Positions 28,301 to 40,742 of a stretch of 64,000 nt of DNA are shown piece by piece. Under the pieces are notes generated by a model that worked only from the letters and a program-made list of their open reading frames with translations, had not been told where the DNA came from and made no database searches. Where the stretch lies: positions 12,214,001 to 12,278,000 of the forward strand of contig OZ176052.1 of NCBI GenBank assembly GCA_964247055.1, in the 5' to 3' direction. The DNA is from Paragordius varius. Taxonomy: Eukaryota > Animalia > Nematomorpha. A program made the translations under genes and the position numbers. Positions within the stretch are counted from its first letter, which is position 1. Every line of letters begins with the position of its first letter.

Positions 28301-31300
28301 TATGGTTTCTAATCGTGTTAAAAAATTTAATTTTGTCTTGAGATAATAATTCATTAAAAAAAGTTGATAAAACTAAAAAAGTAATAATAACATAATAATG
28401 ATAATAATCGATATAAACTAAATTCGTTTGTGGGACACTGTTATATTAAAATAATATAAAAAAACAACGGTAAAATTATATAATTACGCGTTCAAATTAT
28501 ACAGAAAAAAATTAATTAATCAAATTATCTATAAACTGTAGTGTAAAAGAATAAAAAACCATATAAATTTTTTTAATTATATACATTGTGGATGTTCTTT
28601 ATTTTAGATGGAAAACATACAAAAAAAGGTTTTTAGATAAAGCGCAAAAAAGGAAACAAATTTTTGCCTAAAAGCTATATATTTTTTATTTTATAATAAT
28701 TTAATACTTTTTAAAACAATATCTGTATAAAGAAATAATAGAAAAAAATCAAAATCCGGTCGTTTAGAAAATAATTTATTAAATGATGCTGAAATATATA
28801 CTTTAAATTTTTTCTTCCGATGATAAGTGTAATGGCAAAGTTCGCAAACTTGAGATTTTCGATTTTTGTTGGGGTTAATTTCAAGCCATTTCTAACATAA
28901 AATTTTAGGAATATAGAAATATTTATAAAATATTTAAATATTCATATATTAAATCAATAGATATAAATGACAATATTTTGACTAAATGTCCAACACTGAA
29001 ATATTGTAAAAATTATGACATAAAAAAACATTAATAATAATGAAAATATGTAAATTTTATAGAGTACAAATCTAAGCATTTTATATATATTGCTCATTAT
29101 TTTTTGGCACCCTTCCACCAAACATATCGATTGAAACAAATTAAGAGTGGTGTTTTTAAATACAGTAACTTCATTCAATGTAAAACAAATTTAATTTGAC
29201 CATAATGAACAAGCTTACTGTTAAAACTAGAGGGAAATGGTTTAATTATTGAACCATTCTTTATATTTATTTAAATTTTTAAACTATTCTTTTATCTGTT
29301 AATAAAAATGCTGAGACACCAAAATATATGATTTTCTAAATGCATATTATCTATATAATAAATGAATTAATATTCAATCAACTTTAGCTCCGTTAACATT
29401 TGTTGTAAATAACTAAAACATTTAATTTATGCTGTATACTAACAGCATACTTAAAATAATTTAGGATTAGCAGCTTTCTTGATTCCTCGTACATTATATT
29501 ATAATAAAATTATTTAAACAAATTTTGAACTCTTAAGCAAAATGTTGTTTTTGTTATTTATGATAAAGAATGCGCCGCTGTTGAAATTTGCAAAAATATA
29601 TGATTTCTGCATCAAAAAAATATCATTACCAATGAAAATTAAAATCTGCTCAATTAAAAAAAAAGCTATCAAAGTCTATTTATTTCATTTTGGATATTAT
29701 TCCATATTTAATTCAGTGACCAGAAGAATAAACCTCTGGACACAGTGTTTATTTTCAACTAGAATAAACTGATATCTCCCAAATCGAAACGGGTACCTCT
29801 GCATTCAATTTTATAAGCTGCTCACAGTAAAAATAACCGTTAAAGGCCAAAACGTAAATTAATTTTCATTTATAGAAAAAAAACCATCTTTTACGCTTTG
29901 CCTTTGTAATTTAAAATGCCCCATATAATTATCCTGTGAAAAACTATAATACCTACCGTAAGACAATTCTTATGGACATATTGGACTGAGCCGGCACATT
30001 TACAGGGTGCAATGAGTGTGTTATCCGTTCCAGGCGTTTGACAAATGCGACAAAGAACGAGACCGCCCGCCTCAGAAACCAGGAAAGACGCAGAATCCTG
30101 CATATTGCTTTGAGTAAGGTCTTCGGGTGGGAAGCCTGGAATGGCATATCCACCTATTATGGATAATGTGAAAAAGAAATGCATTCATTGGTGAATTATT
30201 AACTACACACAAACTATACCCTTTTTACAAACTAAAATTACAAGCTCCCTCACAAAATTTTTTTCACCAATAATAAACTCATGCTGATTATATGCTCGTT
30301 GTTCAATAACGTTAGATAAACCAATGATATTTAGATTTGGGGAAAAAAATAATCGGTATTAATTGCACAAGTTGCAGGGTATTTACCTAAGGAGGGATCA
30401 TTAGGAGTGGAAAATTATAAAAGTATTTTTTAAATTACAAACAATTCCAATTTTTAAGCCAAAAATAAAGCATAAAATTTAGACCAATAAAAAGGCTTAA
30501 CTTTTTCAAAATTACAAAATAAAAACCTTAAACAAATTGATATAAAAAGTCTAACCTCGCTTCGATTTTAGCAGCAATTGTTGTTGTTGATGCTGTTGTT
30601 GTTGTTTAAAGTAATGCGGGTATTTATCTTTGAGGAGAACTGGGGCAAAATAATACGGGGATGTATAGGGAGGTGGGGGCAAGAGGGCAGGTCCATTCGT
30701 TGTCATAACGCTAGCTAAGCTGCCCTGAGGATTCGTTCCAATGTAGAAATGAACCGAAGAGCCTGGACTAGGAGGGATAAAGGTCACTGAACCCGGATTA
30801 TGACAAGTGGTGGAAGAAGGATATAATCGGGTCATTGAACCGACCAAAGATGGCGGATGATGGAATCTACTACTTTGTTTAGCGGTTAGCGGGTTTGTTG
30901 GTGTTATAACCGCTGTGTCATTCGGGTTCGGGGGAGTTATGAGTTTTCTAAGGCTTTTACTAGCAAGATTATTTGTCTGAGGTGGTTGTTTGACATTGCT
31001 ATTGGCATTTTTGACGCGTAAAATAAGATGATTTTTATGCGCTTTCTTTCGCATATCAATAGAGGCAGACCGTAATAGAGAGGCATCTGGATCAACTTCT
31101 AAATTTTCACATAATGAGGTGGTTAAACTCGGCCTAGGTTCTAACACAATTATAGGTAAAGGGGCGTTAACAAATTGCTTTCTATCCTCTTTAATACATT
31201 GATTGGTGGATGTTGAAACATCGAGATTCATATTTTTTACAATTTTGTCGTGAGATTTGTTAGTCTCTTCGTTTTTCATGATACCTGAATCATTTTTCTT

Positions 31301-31591
31301 GTTTGTTGACTGATTAACCAATTTGTCCATCAAATTGTCAAAATAAGAAAATGAGTGTCTGTGCCCATTCGAATTTAAATGAGCCTTTGCATCTAGGGTT
31401 ATATCATCCGATGGCAAATCTGAATTTCCAATATAAACCATCCTAGTTTTAGTAGGTGTCAAATTATCTTCCGCATTTTCTTGATTGTTAAGAAGGGGTG
31501 TTTTTTCTTCTAAGCTATTAGTTTGGTCCGTATTAATTGTTTTTACATTATCAACTTCATTGTGAGAATAATTATAAAATTTATGTGGCAT
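22399..31591 (-). CDS. MARCH-family RING-CH (RINGv) membrane E3 ubiquitin ligase with long low-complexity N- and C-terminal regions. Exons: 30556-31591, 29957-30153, 28802-28891, 27663-27809, 25937-26261, [small exon(s) unresolved], 24963-25296, 24181-24430, 23672-23884, 22796-23125, 22399-22568
   Basis: The spliced C4HC3 RING-CH reads CRIC..APCKCAGSVQYVHKNCLT|KWLE...VCELC, followed by two hydrophobic helices (IFHTLFIFSMLVMIGCATAFVICF; IVTLSCGVLFFLSFFLGMYAEI). All listed junctions are GT-AG and phase-consistent except 25937 to 25296, which needs one or two small exons; candidates exist. Assigning the C-terminal exons to the same gene is inferred. Confidence 0.85.
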
Positions 31592-32319
31592 AGTAACATA
31601 ACGTGTGTACTGATATATCCATCAAATTATAAAGGGACCGATAATAGTAAAGCAAAAAACTAAAAACAGATGTTAAAATCCCACATGTGAACATATGATG
31701 AAATTATATTTCGAAGGTGCATATTTTTTTTGGTTAAAAATTAATTATCTAACAATTCTGATTTCCAATTAACATTAAACAAACTGGAATGAATGCTATT
31801 GTTATAGACGAATTCAGTATTATTATCAGTTAAAATATCATGTTTGGTTTCATACAAAGGTTGATTATCCCACTCCATCTCGTCTATATTATCTATAAAA
31901 TGTTGTATAATTAAGAATAAGTATTTATTTCTATTACGAGTGATTGGAAATTACCACTTATTTTAAAATTATGTGATGTTAACAGTTACTACTATTCTAT
32001 GGTTGTTGATGGTTATTATAAGTATTTTAAAATAAAATTTTAAAGGTCCCAACTTTTTTGTCTTCAATATCTCTATTTGAAACTTATATAAAAAAATATT
32101 AATATTAAATAATCCATGTGTGTAATAGAAGTTGCAAAATATAAAAGCTTTTACTTAATATAAATTAATCTAAATTTTACGCTTACAAAAAACATTAAAA
32201 CTCTTTTTTTATAAAAAAATAGATGATTTCCAATGTCTCCGGGCTATAGACAGAACAATTAATGTATTTATGTAATAACACATCAATAGCCCTTGAATAA
32301 CCAATCAAACAAGTGGCAT

Positions 32320-34430
32320 GCTGTATCGAGATAGTGACGCAGTTTTACGCGGGTAGCCTCTAACCAGGGGCGAAACAAAAAAACGCTCGATTAAATTTTT
32401 TGCCTTAATTCAAGTAGGACCTGGAATCATGATTGATTCCATTTGCTCTCGTGATGCCCCAAAACCAAAAAGTCATTCTATGGTGGCGCATTTTTTAGGA
32501 CAAGAGCCTAATTAAGGGGTAATTTAATAAAACCGCTCTACTCAAATTTTTACCTTTTTACGGGTAATATTTCTAGCCCTTATCGAACTCTGGCCTGATA
32601 AGTTTTCTATTATTTGCCTCCAAAATCACGCTGTATCGATATGGTGGCGCAGTTTGACGAGTTGCCCCCTACCCAGAGGCCAACATGAAAAAGACGTTCG
32701 TAAAAAATTTTGCCTTTAAAGGGTTATAACTGGAATAATCATTCATTCCATGGGTGGGGTGATAAAAAAGTCGCACTTGACTTGTAAGCCAAGCGTGGCA
32801 AGTTGAGCAAGATTACTTAAGCCAGCAAGTGTACACTTCAAGATCGGTGATAAAAAAAACACTTAAGTCAAGTCTTGCCTATGAATGTAACAGTTTTTTG
32901 CCACCCAATTCGAATTTTATAGAATTTTTGGATCATTTTCAGCTAAATTTATAAAATAAGGCACAAAAAGATAAAAATTGAATACAATATGCATTTATTG
33001 AAGTTTGTCAAAATCACTGGCACGTATCTTATATAATATTATAGAGTTTTCTAAATTGTGAACCTGGTAATAATTTTTATATTGATGAAACCATTCGCCC
33101 TTAAAACGCTTTCCATTATTTTACCACACTACTCATTTTGTTTGGAGTCCAGTTGCAAATATAATGGGAAGATGTTTATACAATACAACATAATTATTTT
33201 TAATTGATTATAAACATTACATTCGAAATAAATTTATGATGAAATAAATTCTTTACATTGGATAAAAGCGAAGTTTTCTTTTAATAAACGAAGATTTGAA
33301 ATTTTACAAGATTAATATTCAATTATTAATTTTGAGAAATTTTCGAGAATCCATTTTTTTCCGGTCACGGAATTGATATATTTAGCATATTTTTATGTGC
33401 CATGTTAATAAATATTAGCAGAGTCTTTCTATAAATTTATCCTCTTTTGTATCCACCCAATGAATAGATTAATTAGCCAAAAATTATCAAATTAACAATT
33501 TATAGCAATAAAGTTTTGAATTACATATAAAACCTATATTTTGTATATAATAATTTCCAAAATAAATTTATCCATATTATAAAATCTGTCAAGTGTGCCC
33601 TACACCACACTTGCAAAATCTTTAAGTTTTACTTGAACATATGATTATTATCACCTCCTTATCAAATTTTCTTGCTTGACTTAAGTTGTGTAATGTTAAA
33701 TTTTTTTATCACATGAAAGCAAGCTATGACTTGAAAAACATACAAGTCAAGTCAAAAAAATTTTTTTATCACCCGACCCCATATGTTTTTAATAGTTTTT
33801 GGAAGAATTGTTTCCAAACTAAATAATAGGTCAATGATAGCGCATTTTTTAGGGCGTAAAAGGCCTAATTAACGGCTATTAAAAAAACCGCTGGACTTAA
33901 ATTTTTGACTTTTACGAGTAATATTTCAGGCCCTTATAAACTTATGTGGCCTGAAAAATTTTCTGAAAATTAACTCTTAACTAACGTAATTTCGATATGG
34001 TGCAGTTTTAAGCGGGTAGCTTCCTACCCAGAGACTGATACATAAAAAGCGCTTGATTAAAATTTTTGCGTTTTTACGGAGAATACCTGAAATCATTATT
34101 ATTGATTCCATATGATCTCATTAGTTTTTGGAAAAATTGCCTTAAAACTAAAAAATCATTCTATAGTGGGGTATTTTCAGGGCGTGAATAAAAAATCGCA
34201 CGATCTAAATTTTTGCCTTGTTGGGTAATATTTTAAGCACCTATTACACTCATATGGCCTGATAGGTTTTTTGAAATTTAGCCCCAAAGGCACGCTATTT
34301 CCATATGACGGGGCAGTTTTTAGCGGGTATCTCCTTACCCAGCAGCCAATATAAAAAACGCTCGACTAAAATTTTTGCCTTTTAACAGGGAATACGTACA
34401 ATCCTTATTGTTTACGGTCTTATACATTGG
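32320..34430. repeat. Diverged tandem array of ~310-bp units (about 3.4 units), interrupted by a TIR element
   Basis: Unit starts gctgtatcgagatagtgacgcag (32320), gctgtatcgatatggtggcgcag (32630), cgtaatttcgatatggtgcag (~33985) and gctatttccatatgacggggcag (34294), with colinear internal motifs. Confidence 0.8.
32752..33780. mobile_element. ~1.03-kb non-autonomous DNA transposon with GGG...CCC termini (PIF/Harbinger/ISL2EU-like)
   Basis: The left end GGGTGGGGTGATAAAAAAG..CTTGACTTG matches the reverse complement of the right end, GGGGTCGGGTGATAAAAAAA..CTTGACTTG. A sister tandem unit retains the empty site ttccatatg, so AT (or CAT) was duplicated. Confidence 0.75.
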
Positions 34431-34810
34431 GCGAAAAAAAGAATCAAAAAATTATTTTTGTGGACTTTGTTTTTTAAAAAAAATACATTTTACGGGGGGA
34501 GCGGAAAAAAAGGCCTAAAAAGCGAGACGACTATGTTTGGCGCAATCGAAAATAAGTAAACAAAAATCATATTTGAAATTAAAGGGTCCAACACGTTTTC
34601 CGGAAAATTGTCTCAAAGACACGATTTTTTAAAAAAACAGGTTTTTACACGAGGTGGGCCCGAACTGGGGGCCTAATTCAAAAAATGACGAAGCTATTGT
34701 CGGGGCATTCATTAATGAATATATTTTTTTGACATTTGGATTTGAATGAGCCTACCGGTTCTCCGGAAACAGATTACAAAGCCGAGTTATTCATTTTTAT
34801 AAATATATAA
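34430..34810 (-). mobile_element. 3'-truncated copy of the non-autonomous Helitron at 39544..39982
   Basis: Colinear homology (ggcgcaatcgaaaataagtaaa, gaagctattgtcggggcattcatta, taccggtt.tccgg). Its 5' end TTATATATTTATAAAAATGAA matches the TCTATATATTTATAAAAATGAA start of the complete copy. Confidence 0.75.
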
Positions 34811-34849
34811 ATTTTACAAGTTAAAAAACATTTTTTGTTTAATTATATC

Positions 34850-34917
34850 ACTCGCGACCCCATAATTTTGCTCCTCGACCCTAAATGGGGTCGCGTCCCA
34901 TAGTTTAGGAAGCCCTG
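34850..34917. mobile_element. Isolated right terminus of a hAT (Charlie-like) MITE
   Basis: ggggtcgcgtcccatagtttaggaagccCTG followed by ccctagac resembles Charlie-type ends and their nTCTAGAn-like target. The left end was not found. Confidence 0.45.
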
Positions 34918-35431
34918 CCCTAGACGACCTAATTTTAGAATTACTTCTGCCCATTTAAAAGATAGACTGATACCCCATAAATATTACCAAATTTTACAAA
35001 AATTATCACAATTAAAACAGATTACAAAGAACAAGTTAATTAGTGCAAAACATGATTACCGCTTTATAAATATTTTAATTACTATGTATACTTACTCATA
35101 CTGTGTTTCCAATAACAATTGTAATTGTTTGACGTTGTAGGTTCCTCCTCCAGGTATTGATTTTTAGTCATTAAATTTAACCTGAATACATATATTAAAT
35201 TAAGTTTACTCATAATTTTGGATGTTTTCCGTTTTTTGGAACATCCTATTTGGATTTTGGTCGGTTGTTTTGATTTCTTCATAATGGGATGTCACCAGTC
35301 CTCTGTTGATTGAACCTTTCAATACCGAAAATGACACAGTATGAAATTTTTCATTAATTATTGCCAAATAGCACATACAACAAAGAGCAGTATTATTATT
35401 CTATAGTCATTTTTTTCGTTTTTTATTGCTA

Positions 35432-38400
35432 TTAGCCAATATGGATTGATATGCTATCTGGCATTATTAAAAGCAATGTATATTTACTCATACTGTAAAT
35501 ACCTGGGTCCTTTAAACGAAGAGTATTGGCAACACTTCGGCTTAACCAGCTTTCATTCAATTTGGTAAATGTCAGTGAGGATACATTTGTTTTACCAATT
35601 TTGGCATATTCCTAAGAAACAACGCATTATAATTTCAAAAATAATATTCATATATTCAATTATTTTTTCAGTTAGATATCATAAAACAAACCTTTGATCT
35701 CCAAAAATGTTCTTTCAACGTTTTTGTGGTCAAAATCACAGCTGAAATAATGATTAAAATAATTTGAATCAGCACAACTACTCCATATGCCACCACCCAT
35801 TCTAAATTTGAGCCTAAAAATTTGATTAGTGGGCTTGGATGGTCCCTAGTATGATCTAAAATAAATATAAATATATTTAAATATTATATGGTAAACTTGG
35901 CTTATAGATTTGTACCAGAACAAAAATTATCAAACTTAGACGAATTTTATCTTAAATTCGCCTCAGTTTTTAGAATTTATTTAATATAACGTCCTTGTTT
36001 TAAAAATAAAAACCTGAGATTTAACTTACAGTTTTTTATTATATCCTATCAATACCGTTTTTTCTTAAATTAAAGAATATATTCTATAGATCCTTTTAAT
36101 TGCTGAAATGCACTCAACTTTTTGAAATTTTAATTTAAAAAAAGCATAAGCTAATAAGTTTAGAGACGCTTTTTATTGTATACTCTCATTAGAGGAGTGT
36201 CATTATAGGGGAGGGCTACTTCGGTAAAATACTAAATTATTTACTTGATTCGTAATTGTTTTTCCATGTTAACGATTTAAAAGAAACAGTTGAATCGATA
36301 TTGTATGTTGGGGATATTTTTCCAACTTTCAAATTTGATATTTTTCTAATATAAGGTTTGTTTGGATCCCAACAGGTCATATAAATGTATTGGGAATATA
36401 AATTTGGACTTAAATTAGGCTTATATTTGTCGTAAGCTTTGATGTTTATAACACACAATCCTTTAAACTTTGTCTCAGTAGAATTGTCGATCGCTGTTCT
36501 GTTACTTGTAAAATATTTCAAATAATTAAGAAAAAAGAATAATTTAGGCTTTTGGTTTTTTGGATAAGGTTGACCCAGCAATTTTATGTCTTTTATTTCG
36601 GATGAAACGCATAGATTCGGTAATTGGATACGGTTTATTGGAAATGGCTGTATAAAACCATCATTTCGATAAAAAACGATTTCTTTAACAGCCAAAATTT
36701 CTCCAAAGATATATCTTTCGTTTCCATCGTAACTGTTAAAATGGTGTATTGAATTGGAAAAAGATTTTACACTAGTTGTTCCAATGTAATGTAAAATTAG
36801 ATAAAAAGAATCATTGTTCGAATTGGGTGGAATTATACAATTTACTGATATATAGGTATTTATTAATTCATCAAATTTGTCAATGATGATAGGTTTTCTA
36901 TAAGTGATATTCCGTACTTTAATATTTTGAATCGGTTCCTCCTGCATATTCTTATTAACGTTAATTTTATTATTATTAGATATTAATACTAATTCAAATA
37001 TAAATTTAGCATGGCTCTTATCATTTCTATCATCCAAATTTCTATCATTTTTACAAAATTTTGATCTATTGGGCGAGTTGTCAATGTTTATTATACCCAT
37101 TTTGAGGCGAAAATATTTAATTTGATGTGATTGTCGGTTTACATGATAAATAATTTTAAGCTTTGGAAATTTAACTTCAATCAATGTTTTTTCTGCTTGT
37201 TGACATGCAAATTCTAAATTATTAAAACTGCTTTGTTCGGAAGATCCAAAGGATGCATCCATTTCTTTGAAAGTTAAGTCGTAAGAGCCTATAAAATTTA
37301 TGTAAAAAGTGATTAATTATATTATAATATTGGAATCAGAAAAATGTATATTATATCCATTTATTTTTATTTGAGCATACACTTTAAATTATTATAAAAA
37401 TAACCATCATTTACATCGTTGTACCATTAATTTTCCGTAAATTTGTAAAATAGAGAGATAATATAATTTTAAAAGCTTACGGCCTATTATAATAAATTAT
37501 CGTATTAAATTTCTGGCACCAAATACGTTTTAACGCATTCTAGCCTCGGGTTCGCACATTAGTAAGTGAGAATCGGAAAATCTTCAATAAATTCAAATAA
37601 GCGCATTTTAAGTAAGAAACTATCTTTAATTCCGCAAGATTAAATCTTTAAAGAGTATATAAAAGATAAAATGTTTGATGATTTTACACAAATATATTCT
37701 GAATTCGGTAATGATTGGCCTTATGATCCCAAAAACAAGAAAAATTGCTTTTACGGCGACATCAGAATTGAGTCTGACAAGCAGTTAATACATAACCGTA
37801 ACGACTTTCATGAATAACCATTCAAAATTATTTGCATATATGTTGCATGAAAAGGCATAGAAGTAGTATGGAAAAATAGTGAACCCTTTTATATTTTATT
37901 TGTATCTTAAATATTTTACACTGAAATATTAATTGTTTGAATATGACCAATTCATAAGCGATTCAACAAACCCCTTTATAACCCCAAATTGACCCAAAAA
38001 ATTAAGAATTCAATACAAATTTTGACATGCTAATCCTGGTAAAGATATGGCTAATAACCTGGTTCATGAATTTCCGAACATGGAATAATGATGGATGATT
38101 CGTATCCGCGAAAAAAGTTTGATGTCAACTTGAGTAAGCGCCTATGTTCAGAATAAATCTTTCTCGTGAAAACGGTTAAATGTTGAGTTAATCCGATTGT
38201 AATATTTAAAAACCTAGATACCAAAAATATGGGATGTATAGGACAATCTCCATTTTTAATTAATCGATATTTTATAGGAAAATTCGATTGGTATAACGTA
38301 AATGTTACCGGATACTTAAAACCAATGGTTATAGGGCATTCATATTTTATATTATCGGGGAAATAGATAGATAACTGTTTATGAATGAATTTTTTGAATT

Positions 38401-38479
38401 CCTCTAATGAGACCATAGAAAACTTAAAATAAAACAATAGTAAAATAATTGTCAAGATGCGAAGCCTGAGATATATCAT
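35432..38479 (-). CDS. Uncharacterised predicted single-pass membrane protein (exons include ~38056-38479, 36245-37288, 35692-35845, 35503-35611)
   Basis: A 341-codon ORF in very AT-rich DNA, bounded by AG and GT. There is an upstream signal-peptide-like start, MIYLRLRILTIILLLFYFKFSMVS. A downstream exon encodes the hydrophobic WVVAYGVVVLIQIILIIISAVIL followed by basic residues. Some junctions are unresolved. Confidence 0.6.
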
Positions 38480-39512
38480 TTTAAACAATTATGAATAATA
38501 TATCCTTATAAACGGTTAGTCAATCATAAGAAGTAAAAAAAAACCTTATGCTAAAACATTTTTTATATTTAGACCTAGAGGGCTAATCTTACGCTTGATT
38601 TCGTTTTATTGGAGGATACAAAACCATAAATCATCATTAGTGTCATATATAAATGGGGGCGAAATGGAATGGAACAATGACTTTGATATTTATTAAATTA
38701 GTTTACTTGCTGTTGCTGTTTTGTCACTCAGGATTAGCAATTTTTTCAGGACTTATATATGTAAGGAGTTCGTATAAAAGGGTATTCTGGAAAAAAACCC
38801 ATTAAAATTTTTTTGATATTGTGATATCTGGGTATATAATCTCTAATCTATATCACTCATTAATAATAAGAATATAAAGTCAATTCCATTACATTTTTGT
38901 GATGCCCATTAAATATCAGGACATGCGAGCAAAAGCAATAAAAATTGCATTTATTCCACTTATATTGTATTTTATTACTTGATAGGAAAGTTAAAAAAAG
39001 CCCATTATATAATTGTGGATTCTTAAGAAAAAAAAGGTAAATTTATCGATTTTACATTGGAGATAGTCTTCTGTACCAATATGACTCAAGTGTATACCTT
39101 AGGTTATTTATGCTTACCTGTAATTTTCTTATCATTCTCTCTAGATAGGTTGGATTAGGTAAAAAATAACTTAAACATTAAAGGATTTTGTTATTACATG
39201 GAAAAAATACGGATAGTTGAAGACTTTAGGGTAAAAATTAAATATTGTGAAATATATTGTATGAATAAGTATAGGTTTATACAAACAGATAACTTGATAA
39301 ATTCAAAATAATAATTGCATTAAAATTTATTTTATAAACCCGAAGACGTAGCTTTGATAAGGGAATCGGCCAAAAGCAAAATTCTGTTTTGTATTTCGGC
39401 ATTATTAGCTAGTATTGGAAAATATAAAACAGAGAGCCCATTTAGCTAAAATTTAAAAAAATTTGCCCCAAAAAAGTCTGATATAAAAAATATAAATTAG
39501 CCATTGAAATTA

Positions 39513-39516
<4 letters not shown>

Positions 39517-39543
<27 letters not shown>
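39517..39543. repeat. (TA)n microsatellite at the Helitron 3' junction
   Basis: Read directly as atatatat... immediately before CTAG. Confidence 0.9.
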
Positions 39544-39982
39544 CTAGTGTAAATCTCGTGCTGCTACGCAGCCCGAGGAAGTCCTTCGGACCTCTGGGGG
39601 GGGGGGGGAATTATATGAAAAAGGGACAATAAAATGATCCCCAATTTAAAAAATTATTTTTGTGAACTTTGTTTTTTTAAATAAATGCCATTTTACGGGG
39701 GGAGCGGGTAAAAACAGGGCCTAAATTAAAAACGGCGCAATCGAAAATAAGTAAATAAAAATCATATTTGAAATTGAAAACACGTTCTCCGGAAAATTGT
39801 CTCAACCCGTTTTTCACACGGGGTAGACCCGAATTGGGGGCCTATTTCATAAAAAGGGCGAAGCTATTGTCGGGGCATTCATTATTGATTATATTTTTTC
39901 GAAGTTTGGATTTGAATGGGTCTACCGGTTTTCCGGTACCAGATCACAAAGCGAACATTTTTCATTTTTATAAATATATAGA
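39544..39982 (-). mobile_element. Complete non-autonomous Helitron (439 bp)
   Basis: On the minus strand it begins A|TCTATATATTTATAAAAATG and ends with a GCTGC-GTA-GCAGC hairpin 12 nt upstream of CTAG|T. It is inserted between A and T with no TSD, the canonical Helitron signature. Confidence 0.85.
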
Positions 39983-40742
39983 TTATACACTACACAAATA
40001 TATGCCAATAAAAGAATTGTATCAGAATTGTCATGGTAGTTTTGATTTCGAGACTTAAGGATAATTAAGATTTACGCTTTTAGAGTGTTGCCCCGTGTAA
40101 AAAATCTAAGAATTATCGGACATTATGTTAAATTATTTTGTTAACAAAGCTAAATATTTTAAAAATAATTCTTGGGAAAATTTAAAAATGAAAAATTATT
40201 ACAGCTTCAAACCTTCATTACTGTGTTGTGTAATTTGGCTTAAAATTTAAAGCAATTCAATTATTTAACCATAATTAATAATGTGAAATTACGTAAAATT
40301 AGATTAGGAACAAAAAAACGTAATTATATATGAATATCGGAAAAATTATACCAGCTTATAGGGTAATAAATCAACATTTAATTTTATTTACCCTATGTAG
40401 CTGGATTATCTTTTTAAATAAACAGATGATACCAGTTTTGGATATACTGTAAAATATTTACAAGAGTTTCATTGCTAGGGCATGTGAAAATTTTCTAACA
40501 ATCCTGTTCGAATAATTATGGCAAACTTCAACTTGGAAGTTTATAAGAAAATCAAACAAAAATCTTGGGTAATAAATATTTACTTAACTGAAATAAATTA
40601 CATTGATTTATGTTAAGTTATTCATATCCTAACGTAGTGTAAGCATGTTAAAAGTCTTTAAAAATTATATAATTTATATTTATTTACAATCGTTAAATAA
40701 CAAATATAAGATGTATGATATTCCTCTATTTCATAAAATAGT

